This document shows positions 11,010-23,645 of a stretch of DNA of 64,000 nucleotides, piece after piece. Position numbers and translations under genes: made by a program. The notes beneath the pieces were generated by a model. It was not told the origin of the DNA, searched no databases, and worked only from the letters and a program-made list of their open reading frames with translations. The stretch is from the NCBI GenBank assembly GCA_030390025.1, contig CM059433.1, positions 13,580,001-13,644,000 of the forward strand, given 5' to 3'. Every line of letters starts with the position of its first letter. Position 1 is the stretch's first letter. Source of the stretch: Squalus acanthias. Its lineage: Eukaryota.

Positions 11010-12648
11010 TGTAGAATTATCGCGATTCAAAACAACATGAGAGAAGCAGATTCAATTTATCATTTTATTAAACAAAATGCTGTCCTGACAATAAAGGACA
11101 CAGAAGCCTGTAAAATGGCCGCCGCACATCGTGGCAGAAGCTTCCAGAGATACAGTGGGCAGACAAGATGGCGTTGAATATACATTCAGTATGAGATTGG
11201 ATCGTACTCGGTACACATTGATAAAGACAGGATGCAACCCGTTTGCATTTTGAACAATAGCAATGATATAAGTGCTGGAATCGTTTCCTACGCACAGTAA
11301 GGATCATTGAACTGGGCCATCGAGAACCCATCTAGACACATCAATACACAAATACCCCCCCGGCTCAACAATGAGAGAGACATTGGCGGGTGATTAAGCC
11401 AGCATTCGGGGGGCCCCAAAACCAGTCGAGGAGACGATTCATACACATCCTGGCTGGCTCTACAATGGGGAAAACATTAACGGATAGTTGGCCAGTTTCA
11501 GGTGCTACCGAAACCCGTTAAGAAGATAATCGCCCCATGCTGGGAGTTTTAAGCGCCAAAATCACACAAAGGATAAACATTTAGATTTGAACGGGAGATA
11601 AAGCGAACACAACAGTATAACTATAGAGAACAAATGTCCATCGGTCTCTTATTCTCTGGACTCGAACTCTTATCTCTCTGGTGACCCTTGCTGAAGCTCT
11701 TCCTGAACTGGCTTGACTTTTGGTCGCTTGATTCTCTGGACTCTGTTGACTCTTGACTCTTAGCCGTACTGGTCGGTTATTCGAGTGTTGGGTGGAGCTC
11801 AATCGGAATGAGCCGCCTCGACAAGGGCAAGTAACCGGGCACACCATCCCGAGTGTCGGTAAACGGTGTCTGGACCCGGAGGCCTGAGAAGACGAGAAGA
11901 GAAGAAGACGAGAAGAAATTCTACGTGCCGCCACGGTCAGTAAACCCCGACCGCGCCCGAAAATATAACTAAAAGAACTTTCCTTTGAGTTCTGCCGACT
12001 TCTACATGTGTCGCAACACAGGAAGATCCTTCTTTGAATTCTAAGACGGTTTGAGTCCATCGACTGCTTCATGACAACAGGGAGTCTGGCCTGCTTGTCG
12101 CAGCAGCGAAAGTAAACAAGTGGGGTGCAGAAACCCTTCCAAACACGTGACAGTCAGGCGCTGCAGCGAAACGAGCTGAGTGCCTCACTTTAAAATCTCC
12201 GAAGTAAAACGAGTGGTGAGCATGATTTCCGATCCTACAAATCCAGACGTAGTTTAGGTATTATTAAGGGAGGGTGGTTTTTATAAGGTTAAGGTATAAG
12301 GTGTTCCCCTTTTTACGATGTGCCGTGTGTTCTCCATTTCCATAGACCAAGCTTTATGAATGTGTGTATACTTGTACTCTCATTGATTTGCGCCTATGAC
12401 ATGTATTTCATGATTTTAGACGCCATGCAATAAAGATTTTCATTTCGTACTATTCAACCGGGTCTATTTGAGTTTTTCTCTGCATTACTGCTCCTTGCAT
12501 CTAAGTCCAGGTGTCAGAACCGTAAGGGCGAGTGGGTCGAACCACTCACAGGTGCTTATTGCAAAAAGGCTGGCCGGAGACCAGAGCAAGCAATAGTATA
12601 GGCAACGAAGGCCTAACCTCGCACCAGCACCGTTTGAAACCCCTTACA
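11010..12648 (+). mobile_element. Solo LTR (~1.64 kb; Gypsy or ERV type)
   Basis: Begins TGTA, ends TACA, 4-bp TSD TCTT (11006-11009, 12649-12652), AATAAA at ~12429, CpG-rich, no coding internal region. Confidence 0.8.
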
Positions 12649-13613
12649 TCTTTTCACAGACTATGTACAATGCACTCCATTGTGGACACTGCACAGTTGA
12701 TTTGACTGCTGACTCCCTGATCGACCGCTCCCAGTGATGCTCCGCATCTCGCAGGGAAACGCTGGCCATGAAATTCTGGGCAGGCAGCCCCTGCTTTTTT
12801 CAGTCCATCAATAGAAAGTCAGGCATCATCGGCCTGTGATTTCCTGACCAGTGCTCCTTGTGAGCGCCCTTCCGTGCCAGATTCTCCCAACCAGGGAATC
12901 AGCCCTTTAAACACCTGAGAAAGGATTCTCCAAAATTTCTCTCGGCACTTGCTCCCAAAAATAAATTAGAAATTAATCAGAATGTCTTACTTTTGTTGGC
13001 ATTTCCATGGTTCTCATCGCTCAGGAAGCATCATGCTTCACACAGTATTTGATCTTCTCTATTTGTACTTACCCTCATAATCTTCGATTCTGTTCCTAGC
13101 TAGATATTCATCCAGTTCAATTTTACAGCTGTTAATCAGCATTAGCTGCAATTTATTTTGCATATCTACCTTGGGTTACATTTATTTCTGTGTTCGGTAT
13201 TGCAAATGCGGTTAGAACTTGAGCGGAATTTGTTGGTTATTTTTGTAGTCCTCTCAATGCTAAATGTATTATGCAGTTTCCTTTGAAAACGGATGTATTA
13301 TACATTTTTAATTGGTAATAAAACATGTTATAAATTTTTCTCTGGATGGCTTATTTCTGCAGGGGCGTGAATGAAATGCACAAATCATTCCTCCGATCGG
13401 GATGATAATGCATAAATGATTTATCTTCACAGCACAGAAAAAAATGTAAAGATATTTTGGTGAGTACATTTTTTCCAAACGGAAAGCCCTTCCACTCTCT
13501 GCAGTCTTACTCTTGAAGCATTGTTTAATCAGCAGGTCAAGGTTCTTAAAAGGACGTTTACCGACTCTTCTTTGATAACCGCATAATTAATTGAAATACT
13601 AATTTGGAACTTC

Positions 13614-13990
13614 AACAACAACAACAACTTGCATTTATATAGCGCCTTTAACGTAGTAAAACGTCCCAAGGCGCTGCACAGGAGTATTATAAGGCAAAGA
13701 ATTTGACACCGAGCCACATAAGGCTTGGTCAAAGAGCTAGGTTTTAAGGAGCGTCTTAAAGGAGGAAAGAGAAGCAAAGAAGGCACAATTTCGTTTTGGG
13801 CGCAGGCCACAGAGGGATTTGAAAACAAGGATGAGAATTTTAAAATCGAGGCGTTGCTTAACCGGGAACTAATGTAGGTCAGTCAGTGAGCACAGGGGAG
13901 TGAACGGGACTTGGTGCGAGTTAGGACACGGGCAGCGAACTTTGGGCGATCTGGAGTTTACGTCGGGTAGAACGCGGGAGGCCAGCCAAT
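13614..13990 (-). mobile_element. L2 LINE 3' fragment
   Basis: Minus-strand translation resembles the L2 ORF2 end (AARVLTRTKSRS..PVL..LH..PVKQRLDFKILILVFKSL). Tail aaaggcgctatataaatgcaag(TTG)n. Confidence 0.8.
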
Positions 13991-14569
13991 TATATGTAAA
14001 ACTGGATTAGTGAAAGCTGGCTCCAGAAATTGATTGGCTGCTGAAAATCAGTATTGCCAGACAATAAATCGTTGCAAAAATTCAAATGCAGCACAATTGC
14101 TTCTATTAAATGTAATTTTCCAAAGCTGTTTCATAACATGTTTCGGAAAATGGATCTAATAATTAAAAATCGAGCTACTGAAAGATTTAAATTAGGTAAA
14201 TGTTAGAAAAGGCAGACAAAGCCCTTCAGGTTGAGAAATCCCTGGTAGGTTTTCAGAGACGCCCCTCCCAATTATCTGGTCATTAATTTTAAAATGTATC
14301 CATCTGTAGCATCTATATGTAATTAAATTCAAGGCTTGCTACAACAGTGAACGTTTCCATGATTTCTAAGTAATGAGAAAGGAATAAATAAGGATTTTCC
14401 CCAGATTGGCCTCATTAAGGACGCCGTGCGCGCTACCCGGCCCAATCGGTGGGTGCGGGTCGGGTGATCGCGCTTGATGACGCGCTGGGAGCCTCGATAT
14501 TTAAGGGGGCCATGTCCCCTTTGATTATTACTTTCTTTTTTCTGCTCCCGAGTGCTGGTTGCTGCAGGC

Positions 14570-16464
14570 ATGGCAGCTCAATGGACCAAGGCTGCTGCCC
14601 AGTTTGATGATGACTCCCTCCATGCTCTTGTGGAGGGAGTAAGAGGACGCAAGGAGGTCCTCTTCCCTTCAGATGGAAGGAGGAGGCCCCCTCAGCACAC
14701 AAAGGCAGCCTGGCTGCACATTGCTGAGGAGGTCAGTGCAAGGTCGGTCTTTACACGCACCTGGGTGCAGTGTAGGAAAAGGTTCAATGATCTGATGCGC
14801 TCAGCAAAAGTGAGTATAACATCACACTTACCTTCAATCTGCTTCCCATCTCTTCTCATCCCCATCACTCTGCATTGGCAAGCTACTCCTGCACATTCCA
14901 ACTCACCCTAACATCCCTTGCAGCCTCAGCCATCCCTCTCTCTCTATGTACAGAATCACTTCACTATCCTACTATGCACCCCTCACACTCGCTCTCACTG
15001 TTATGCAATGACAACAACTAACAATGCACCTTGGTATTGGCACCTCACTCCATCATTGTCTCCCTCTAAGCATCTTTGTTATCCATTCTTTACACTCACT
15101 CCATCAATCTCTCTCAAACTCCACTTGTGTCCCTCATTGTAGGAAAAGAGAGCCCACAATAAGAGGGAGAGGGGGAGGACAGGAGGAGGCCCACCATCCG
15201 TGGCGCATCTAATGAACGTTGAGGAGGCAGCTCTGGAGATCGTTGGAGGTGCAGAGGAGCTGGAAGTGGGGGGCGGAGAGACGGGCACAGTACAGCAAGC
15301 TGGTGACAGAATTGATTTCCAACCCTCTGATTTTGTATTCATGAGTGACTGATATGGGATCTGATGTTCATAGAAATTGAGTTCTGATCATCTGCACAAT
15401 GGGATGTGTCTGCAACCTACATATCACATGTCTAACTCATGCCATTACTCCCCACAGGACCATCGAGAGCCCCCCCTCCCCACTGTCCAGGAGGAAGAGC
15501 CGGAGGACTCCTCAGAGGAACCTCCAGCCTCTGAGGGAGCAGCGTCAGCAGAAATGAGCGCAGCCAGCACCAGCGCAGAGACACACGCCTCGGTGGGTCG
15601 TTTGCGAGATAGAGTAGTGTTGTCACCTGGTGTATCACAACTCACAAGTGAGCAAGATCAGATGGTGGAGACAGCGACAGCAATGGAGAGTCCTCATCGG
15701 AGGCCGCAGGGCGCTCCCAGCTCTGCTCAGCTGCATGTCGACGCTGTGCCTCTGGGGCCATCCAGGAAGAGAGCGGTGCTGGAGCTTCAGCAGGAGGCTC
15801 TGACTGGGTTTGCAACCACGGTAACTGCGAGTGTGCAGCGAATGGAGGAGTTCATGTCAAACATGAACAATTCCATGGTGCACGCAATGGTGAATGTAGG
15901 TGCCACCATGGAAAGGATGGCAACCTCCATGGAGGATATAAATTGCCAGACACAAACCAACATGGTGACTGTTCTAGATAGATGGTCAGCTATGGAGGAT
16001 AGATGGGCATCTATCGTGGAGAGGAACCAGAGACCATGGACATCCTCGTTATGAAGACTGTCAGTACAGAGACGGGTCCTCATGGCTCCACTGATGTGCA
16101 GCAAGGTGCTCTCCAGCTACTTGCTAGCAGTGAAGTGCGGGTGACCTATGAGAGGGATGGTGGTGGTCGAGAACAAGGAAGTTGGGGCTCCTCTCCAAGC
16201 ACTCACACTCCCATGCCACTGCCGAGCCCTCGGTCAGAGCCCCAGATGCCTCACCCAACTGAGATGGCTGTCTCTGCCCCTGCACAGCCGCAGGAGGAGC
16301 AGACTTTGGCGGAGTCCTCCAAGGCTCCCAAACCCAGAGGGCGACCGCCAAAGGCGTCTAAGCAGGCGCAGCAGGGAAGTGAGCACACTGCCTCTACATC
16401 TGCTGAAGCCACAAGGGAAGCACCACGTAGAAGCACGCGTAAGAGAAAGCTAAAACACAAATAG
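14570..16464 (+). pseudogene. Harbinger Myb/SANT-like protein gene, 3 exons (14570-14809, 15143-15302, 15458-16464), frameshifted in exon 3
   Basis: MAAQWTKAAAQFDDDSLHALVEGVRGRKEVLFPSDGRRRP...AWLHIAEEVSARSVFTRTWVQCRKRFNDLMRSAK|GTGAGT. Exon 2 reads EKRAHNKRERGRTGGGPP. Basic C-terminus PRRSTRKRK. Frame breaks near 15470 and ~16020. Confidence 0.8.
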
Positions 16465-16750
16465 TCACAAAGGTAGTCATTTGGGTGTTTTCATATAACC
16501 CAAAGTTACATTTGTGATCTTTATTTCTATTGTATTAAAGTAATGCGATGTCAATGATTCAATGCGTTGCCCTATGTGTGCTCAGAATTGGAAGTGGCAC
16601 AGTGAGGGGTGAGGTCGCTTTTCATCTGCAGTGATGGTGGGGAGAGTGATAGGAATGCACAGTTCATTATACAGATACTGTATGGTGTGGAATGGAGGTC
16701 CTGCCAACTCTTATGTGCATGTGCCAGCCACATGTCTGTGCTGCATAAAA

Positions 16751-17245
16751 TTACGCGAATCTGGCATGGATTAGTCCATCCCTTGCCTCACGGCCAGCAA
16801 TGAGCTCGCGTGCTGGCACTGGGACAGCCACCTCCGCCAGGTGTTCCTCATCCGCAGCCTCATTCAGCTCTTCCTCCTCCTCCTCTTCCTCCTCCTTTGA
16901 GGAGGAGGCTGTGCACTCTCCCACTTGTTCCTCAGGCAGCGGTAAGCCACGCTGCAGTGCGATGTTGTGCAGGGCACAGCAGACCGCGATGATTCTGGAG
17001 ACCCAGGCTGGTGCGTACTGTAGGGCTCCTCCAGATCTGTCCAGGCATCTGAAGCGTATTTTGAGCAAGCCTGTGGTTTGCTTTATGATGCTTCTGGTGG
17101 AAATGTGGCTCTCATTGTAACGCTCCTCAGCTTCGTTTGATGGCCTCCTCATCGGTGTCATTAGCCATGTCTTCAGGGGATAGCCCTTGTCTCCAAGTAG
17201 CCATCTGGAAAGTTGGGTTGGCGGATTGAAGAGCTGAGGCACAGT
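16751..17245 (-). pseudogene. Harbinger (HARBI1-like DDE) transposase, C-terminal remnant
   Basis: [17 protein letters not shown]...[37 protein letters not shown]...[12 protein letters not shown] plus acidic tail. The catalytic E position reads K. Confidence 0.9.
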
Positions 17246-17314
17246 AGACTGCCCTCTGATATCTGGTCAAGTGGCTAAGTGTGGGGGGGGCGAGGGGGCG
17301 GGGTAGTGGACATC

Positions 17315-17545
17315 CCAGCTGAGCCAGATATATTCTCACCTGACAACCATACAATGTGCACTCTCAGTAGGGGTCGATGAATAGTGATCAGGGGAGAGGG
17401 CATTGACCATTTCCCCCTTCCTAACCCAGGGAGCTGAGTTCAATTGTATCACCCTTACCACTGCTACTGACTGATCTCAGCTAAGTCAGCACAGGCCAAG
17501 GATTGAAGCTAAAGATCTTCAACTGTAAGACTCAGGCAGTCACTA
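17315..17545 (-). mobile_element. Old tRNA-derived SINE fragment
   Basis: Reverse complement resembles the SINE pieces at 47545-47655 (ttagctga..tcag) and 49320-49480. Confidence 0.45.
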
Positions 17546-17738
17546 TGCAACTTTATGGAGATGTAGAAGGTCCAGCACCCTTTGAATAAATTAAGGAAGA
17601 AAGTGGATAAATCAGCTAGTTCTAAAGTATTGTGACTTTATTAGTGGTCTATGATAAAAGAAAAAAAAGAATGAAGCAAGAGTTCATTAATAGCTTCTTT
17701 TCAAATAGGATTGTTAATTTATGGGAAAAACTTGCGTC

Positions 17739-18520
17739 TAATGTGGGGAAATGTGAGGTTATTCACTTTGGGTATATTTTTTAAATGGTGAGAAACTATT
17801 AAATGTTGGTGTTCAGAGAGATTTAGGTGTCCTCGTACAGGAAACACAGGGAGTTAGCATGCAGGTACAGCAAGCAATTGGGAAGGCAGATGGCATGTTG
17901 GCCTTTATTGCAAGGGGGTTGGAGTACAAGAGTGAGGAAGTCTTGCTACAATTGTCCAGGGCTTTGGTGAGACCACAACTGGAGTACTGTGCGCAGTTTT
18001 GGTCTCCTTATCTGTGGAAGGATATACTTGCCTTAGAGGCAGTGCAATGAAGGCTCGCGAGATTGATTCCTGGGGTGAGAGGGTTGCCCTATGAGGAGAG
18101 ATTGAGTAGATTGGGCCTATACTCTCTGGAATGTAGAAGAATGAGAGGTGATCTCATTGAAACATATAAGATTCTGACAGGGTAGATGCTGAGAGGTTGT
18201 TTCCCCTGGCTGCAGAGTCTAGAGCTAGGGGGCATAGTCTCAGGATAAGGGGTTGGCCATTTAAGGCTGAGATGAGGAGGAATTTCTTCACTCATAAGGT
18301 TGTGAATCTTTGGAATTTTCTTCCACAAAGGGCTGTGGATGCTCAGTCATTGAGTATATTCAAAGCTGAGATAGATAGATTTTTGGACTCTAGGGTAATC
18401 AAGGGATATGGAGAGCGGGCAGGAAAGTGGAGTTGAGGTCGAAGATCAGCCATGATCTTACAAGCTTGAGGGGCTGTCTGGCCTACTCCTGCTCCTAATT
18501 CTTAAACTCTTATGTTCTTA
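17739..18520 (+). mobile_element. CR1 LINE 3' fragment
   Basis: ALVRPQLEYCAQFWSPY...RGHSLRIRG..RRNFFT..WNFLPQ with stops and deletions; TTCTTATG-like tail. Confidence 0.9.
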
Positions 18521-20346
18521 AGCCGCATGTAGTAAGTTAACATTTGAAAATGTTGATATTGGCGCAGGCTGGAAGCTCAACTATATGTTTTGGTTTGGTA
18601 TAGTGATTCCTACTGCCATCCCATTGATTTATTGTCTTGTGTATTGGTTTTGTTCGTAATCGTTCATTATGCAAGCAACTGTGGATGAAATTTAAAATTG
18701 AAATGATGGCAAAAAAATCATTTTTTACAGTTTCTCTTGTCAGTGCCAGCAGCAGAGTCCATGATGGAACAATGGACTCCACACATCGCTGGATTATTTC
18801 AGGTTTCTTTCAGGTGAACACAGGCTACATGTAGAATTCAGCTCATTTATTGAACAAAAACAGTCAGCCTGGCAACAGGAGGTAACTGAGGGAAACCCAG
18901 GAGAACAATAGTTTAGATGCGTATGCTACGTACAACACCAATCCGGTTAATGGAATTAGTTGACAGACAGAATGGCTTTTACTTGTTCTGTTTTTATATA
19001 CTTAACCGCAGAATTGAAGTGGATTAAAACACTTTTCTTTCAAGGCGGGGGGTGGGGGGAGGGGGAGCTGGGGGTGATGGTTGGGAAAGTATGAGCACAT
19101 GTGAAAGGATAATTGTTATATTTCAAATTAAAATCAAACTCAATTACAATAAATTGTTCAAAAATTATTTTAATGTATTTTACACTGTGATATAAAAAGA
19201 ACGGTTAATGATAAGTAATTTCACGAGGAATTTGTTTACAATCTCACTTTGCGACAGAGCCTTTCTTTCATTATATCATGTGCCATCTGATTAAAATTAC
19301 AACATTTACGAGATGCTGGAACAGAAATTAACCATAAAGTCCACAAATTAACATAACTCTAACATTGTGGAAAATGTGTCCATCATTCACTCCAGCATTT
19401 TGAAGCCTTTCACACTCATGTTTAAAACCTCAGTTGGCAAGCATTGTTGCTCCTGTCCTGAAGCCCTTGACTTTGCTCCTCTATGTCCTGCTTCTATCGT
19501 AAAGCCACAGACCTATGAAGAGGCTTACCACTGGGAGATCAGCTAGAATTATCAGAAAAATAGTGTTAGTGAATTTTAATAATATGTTAAAAAAAACGTA
19601 TGTCTGTGTGCACTTCCTGTCTGCAAGATTTGACTTCCTACTGTTTTTGTCACAATCTTTGGGTCAGCTTTTTCTCCATTATAAATTCCTATGTTCAAAA
19701 TTATATGTTTTTATAAACAAACTAATCATTGTAACGGTACGATATTCCTACAAATTGCTCAAATTGTTTAACGATTTTTTTCTGCTGCCTTTTTTCCCCA
19801 GTAACTGAAATTTCTAATGTCCAAAATAAGGGTTTACATAAAATTCAAAATTCAATAGCTACATATTTCACAACAATATGATTGTATTTATCCATTAAGT
19901 ATCTTTTGTGTCTTTTAATTCCTTCATAAAGCTTTTGCTTAAAAGGCCTCAACCTCTCCAAAAGCTTGAGCTTGGGCTTGATATTTTTGCTCAGAGCTGT
20001 GATTCCGTTAGCTGAATTTAGAACATGCAATCTGAGCATGTGCAATGTATCTAATTTCCCGGGATGCATCAGTACCACTCAGTGAGATGTACTGATGGAA
20101 CATTTTTCTTTCGGTTTGTGGCATTCTCTGCTCATAGCTTTCCTTCAAATGACTTTGAAAAACAACATGACCATTTTCAAAAGCTTCACTGAGGTAAGTT
20201 GCATATTGAGTATGTTTAAAAAAATATAGAGGCAGTGTGTGTGAGAGAGATGGATTGAAACACACAACAGTGTTATAATTACACATCTGTTGTAGGTTTT
20301 GTTTGTGTCCAATAAAGGTAGGAAAATGAATAAGACTGGAGACAGA

Positions 20347-22594
20347 GGGCTGAATTTTAATGAGGAAGGTGCGTTGGGGATGGAGGGGGGGGGGCTCCGA
20401 GGCCTTCGGGAAACCTGGGAGAATGGGTATCCCGCAGGCCCTGCCAAGTTTAATGGCAGGGCCTGATTTGAATGGGAGGCCTAGGTTTCCCACCGGCAGC
20501 CAGCCGGACTTAGAGGCTGTCTGGCTGCGGGCGGGTAGGCCTGCGGCACTAGGCCGCAGAGAAGGAGGGAGGGATCGTGGGGATTGTGCCGGGAGAAGCT
20601 TGAGGGGTCGGGGGCCAGGAGAAGATCGAGGGGTCGGGGGCCGGTAGAAGGTTGAGGGGTCGGGGGCCAGGAGAAGATCGAGGGGTCGGGGTCAGGCCAG
20701 GAGAAGATTGTGGGGGGGGGGGGGGGCGCAGGGGCGGGTGCCAGGAGAAGGTTGAGGGGTCAGGGGCCAGGAGAAGATCGAGGGGTCGGGGGCCAGGAGA
20801 AGCTCGAGGGGTCGAGGGCCAGGAGAAGCTCGAGGGGTCGGGGGCCGGGAGAAGTTCGAGGGGTCGGGGGCCAGGAGAAGCTCGAGGGGTCGGGGGCTGG
20901 GAGAAGGTTGAGGGGTCGGGGGCCGGGAGAAGTTCGAGGGGTCGGGGGCTGGGAGAAGGTCGAGGGGTCGGGGGCCGGGAGGAGTTCGAGGGGTTGGGGG
21001 CCGGGAGAAGTTCGAGGGGTCAGGGGCCGGGAGAAGTTCGAGGGGTCGGGGGACAGGAGAAGCTCGAGGGGTCGGGGGCCAGGAGAAGTTCGAGGGGTCG
21101 GGGGCTGGGAGAAGGTTGAGGGGTCAGGGGCCGGGAGGAGTTTGAGGGGTCGGGGGCTGGGAGAAGGTTGAGGGGTCGGGGGCCGGGAGAAGTTCGAGGG
21201 GTCAGGGGCCGGGAGGAGTTTGAGGGGTCGGGGGCTGGGAGAAGGTGGAGGGGTCGGGGGCCGGGAGAAGTTCGAGGGGTCGGGGGCCGGGAGAAGTTCG
21301 AGGGGTCGGGGGCCGGGAGAAGTTCGAGGGGTCGGGGGACAGGAGAAGCTCGAGGGGTCGGGGGCCAGGAGAAGTTCGAGGGGTTGGGGGCTGGGAGAAG
21401 GTTGAGGGGTCGGGAGCCGGGAGAAGTTCGAGGGGTCAGGGGCCGGGAGGAGTTTGAGGGGTCGGGGGGGGAGAAGGTTGAGGGGTCGGGGGCCGGGAGA
21501 AGTTCGAGGGGTCGGGGGCCGGGAGGAGTCCGAGGGGTCGGGGGCCGGGAGGATTTCGAGGGGTCGGGGGCCGGGAGAAGGTGGAGGGGTCGGGGGCCGG
21601 GAGAAGTTCGAGGGGTCGGGGGACAGGAGAAGCTCGAGGGGTCGGGGGCCGGGAGAAGTTCGAGGGGTCAGGGGCCGGGAGGAGTTTGAGGGGTCGGGGG
21701 GGGAGAAGGTTGAGGGGTCGGGGGCCGGGAGAAGTTCGAGGGGTCGGGGGCCGGGAGGAGTCCGAGGGGTCGGGGGCCGGGAGGATTTCGAGGGGTCGGG
21801 GGCCGGGAGAAGGTGGAGGGGTCGGGGGCCGGGAGAAGTTCGAGGGGTCGGGGGACAGGAGAAGCTCGAGGGGTCGGGGGCCGGGAGAAGTTCGAGGGGT
21901 CGGGGGCCGGGAGAAGTTCGAGGGGTCGGGGGCCGGGAGGAGTTCGAGGGGTCGGGGGCCGGGAGAAGTTCGAGGGGTCGGGGGCCGGGAGAAGGTTGAG
22001 GGGTCGGGGGCCGGGAGAAGATCGAGGGGTCGGGGGCCGGGAGAAGTTCGAGGGGTCGGGGGCCGGGAGAAGTTCGAGGGGTCGGGGGCCGGGAGAAGTT
22101 CGAAGGGGTCGGGGGCCGGGAGAAGTTCGAGGGGTCGGGGGCCGGGAGAAGTTCGAGTGGTTGGGGGCCGGGAGAAGTTCGAGGGGTCGGGGGCCGGGAG
22201 AAGTTCGAGGGGTCAGGGGCCGGGAGAAGTTCGAGGGGTCAGGGGCCGGGAGAAGTTCGAGGGGTCGGGGGCCGGGAGAAGTTCGAGGGGTCGGGGGCCA
22301 GGAGAAGCTCGAGGGGTCGGGGGCCGGGAGAAGTTCGAGTGGTCGGGGGCAGCTGCAGTTAAACACAAAATGGAGGTTAAAGAAGAGGGTTTCAGGCTCA
22401 TTATAATATTTAAATAGATGGTCCGCCTCCTGGCAGTGGGTTGGCTGCCCGCCCCATCCCGTCTCCCATCCCACCACTGTTAAAACCAGAGGTGGGCGGG
22501 TTGGAGGCGGGTTCAGGTCGGGATTCCGATTTTTAACACTTTAACTAACCCCACGCCCCCAACCCACCCGTTCTTTTAGGTTAAAATTCCCCCC
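20347..22594 (+). mobile_element. Harbinger-type MITE with expanded internal minisatellite
   Basis: TIR GGGCTGAATTTTAA / TTAAAATTCCCCCC, TSD AGA (20344-20346, 22595-22597). Flanks are homologous to 38601-39503. Confidence 0.82.
20590..22350 (+). repeat. 26-bp G-rich minisatellite (GGGAGAAGTTCGAGGGGTCGGGGGCC)n, roughly 65-70 units
   Basis: Period of 26 nt read directly (TTCG at 21891 and 21917); the 26-aa periodic translations equal 3 units. Confidence 0.95.
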
Positions 22595-23645
22595 AGAGAG
22601 AGGGAGAGGATAGCCCGATTTTAACTGGTGGCTGGCGGAGCGAGTATCAGGCATATATATACATACATTATATAAATTAATCGATGAATTCCTCATGATA
22701 GTTGTAATAATTATATTTCTTACTCACTTTATTCATTGATGACATCACCTGTCATATTATAAACCAGCTCATTGGTTCTGTGAGCCAAACAGTCTACCTC
22801 ACCCACAGTGGTTGGCCTATCTGAAAATCGCTGGCGCATTGCCCACATCTTTCCATGCATTGAAATAATGGGCATAAAATCAATGCGTGCCCAACTTTCC
22901 AATAAATCAACTGCTGTGGGTAAGTCCTCACCAGAGGTGGAGGGTCTTGGAAAATTTTGCCCGTTAACTTTAGTTTAATCTGTTCTTATTTGCAGCTTTG
23001 CTTCCTTACCAAATAACTCCACAATAGTTATTAATTTATTTCAGCAGCAGAAAAATTATGTAAACATTTTAAATTTCAGCAGATTTATTCAGAAATTCCC
23101 TCCAAAGTTGAACCACGATAAACTTCTTCCAAAAATTGTAAATGGTGACGCTCAGAACTCAAAAAAACAACCATAACCATAAATAAAAGAGGGGCACCGC
23201 TGCTGGAGTCAGTTGGAAGGCATATTGGTCCGAGTCATTCCACATTGTCTGATTTTCTTCTCAAATGTATCGCTGTTCAACTCTCTGGAGGGCTAGAAAT
23301 TTATTGTAGCCCAGGAAGGGGCAGTATAATTAGAAACATTGGGGAATTAGCACCAGGCATTAATGCTTTAGACTGTATGCAAAATTCATGCTCACTTCGG
23401 AAAAATTGTTGGAGCGTTAATCAAGTCTTTAAGCCCAAGCTCATTGGCGTTACACTCAAAGGGTGGACCAATATCAGGTGCAGTCTAATCGTAAGTCATG
23501 ATTGCCACAGGCTTTTTCCAGTTTTTAAAGGGGAGGTTCATTGATGCTGCAGAACTTCATTCTCAGCATTGCTGGCTGTGCAGCTGCCTCAGCAAGCAAC
23601 AGCCGGTCATGGAGAAGGAGCCAGCGGACTGAAGCAGCTGTACTT

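Larger units (their letters stand above)
14390..17260. mobile_element. Internally deleted PIF/Harbinger transposon (convergent Myb/SANT gene and transposase)
   Basis: Two-gene convergent layout typical of Harbinger; see component features. Ends approximate. Confidence 0.85.

Noticed and set aside
16751..17245. Host gene HARBI1
   Set aside because: 5'-truncated, catalytic Glu position substituted, and paired with a Myb gene as in a transposon; not the domesticated gene.
20008..20189. Candidate terminal TPO exon (EAFENGHVVF...CSKFS*) after ttacctcAG
   Set aside because: The open frame needs phase 2, but the upstream exon ends in phase 0, where it would begin with TGA. The 27344 acceptor fits better.
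20652..22477. Many long Gly/Arg- or Pro-rich ORFs
   Set aside because: Artefacts of a nearly stop-free 26-bp minisatellite. It is not a CRISPR array either, since there are no unique spacers.
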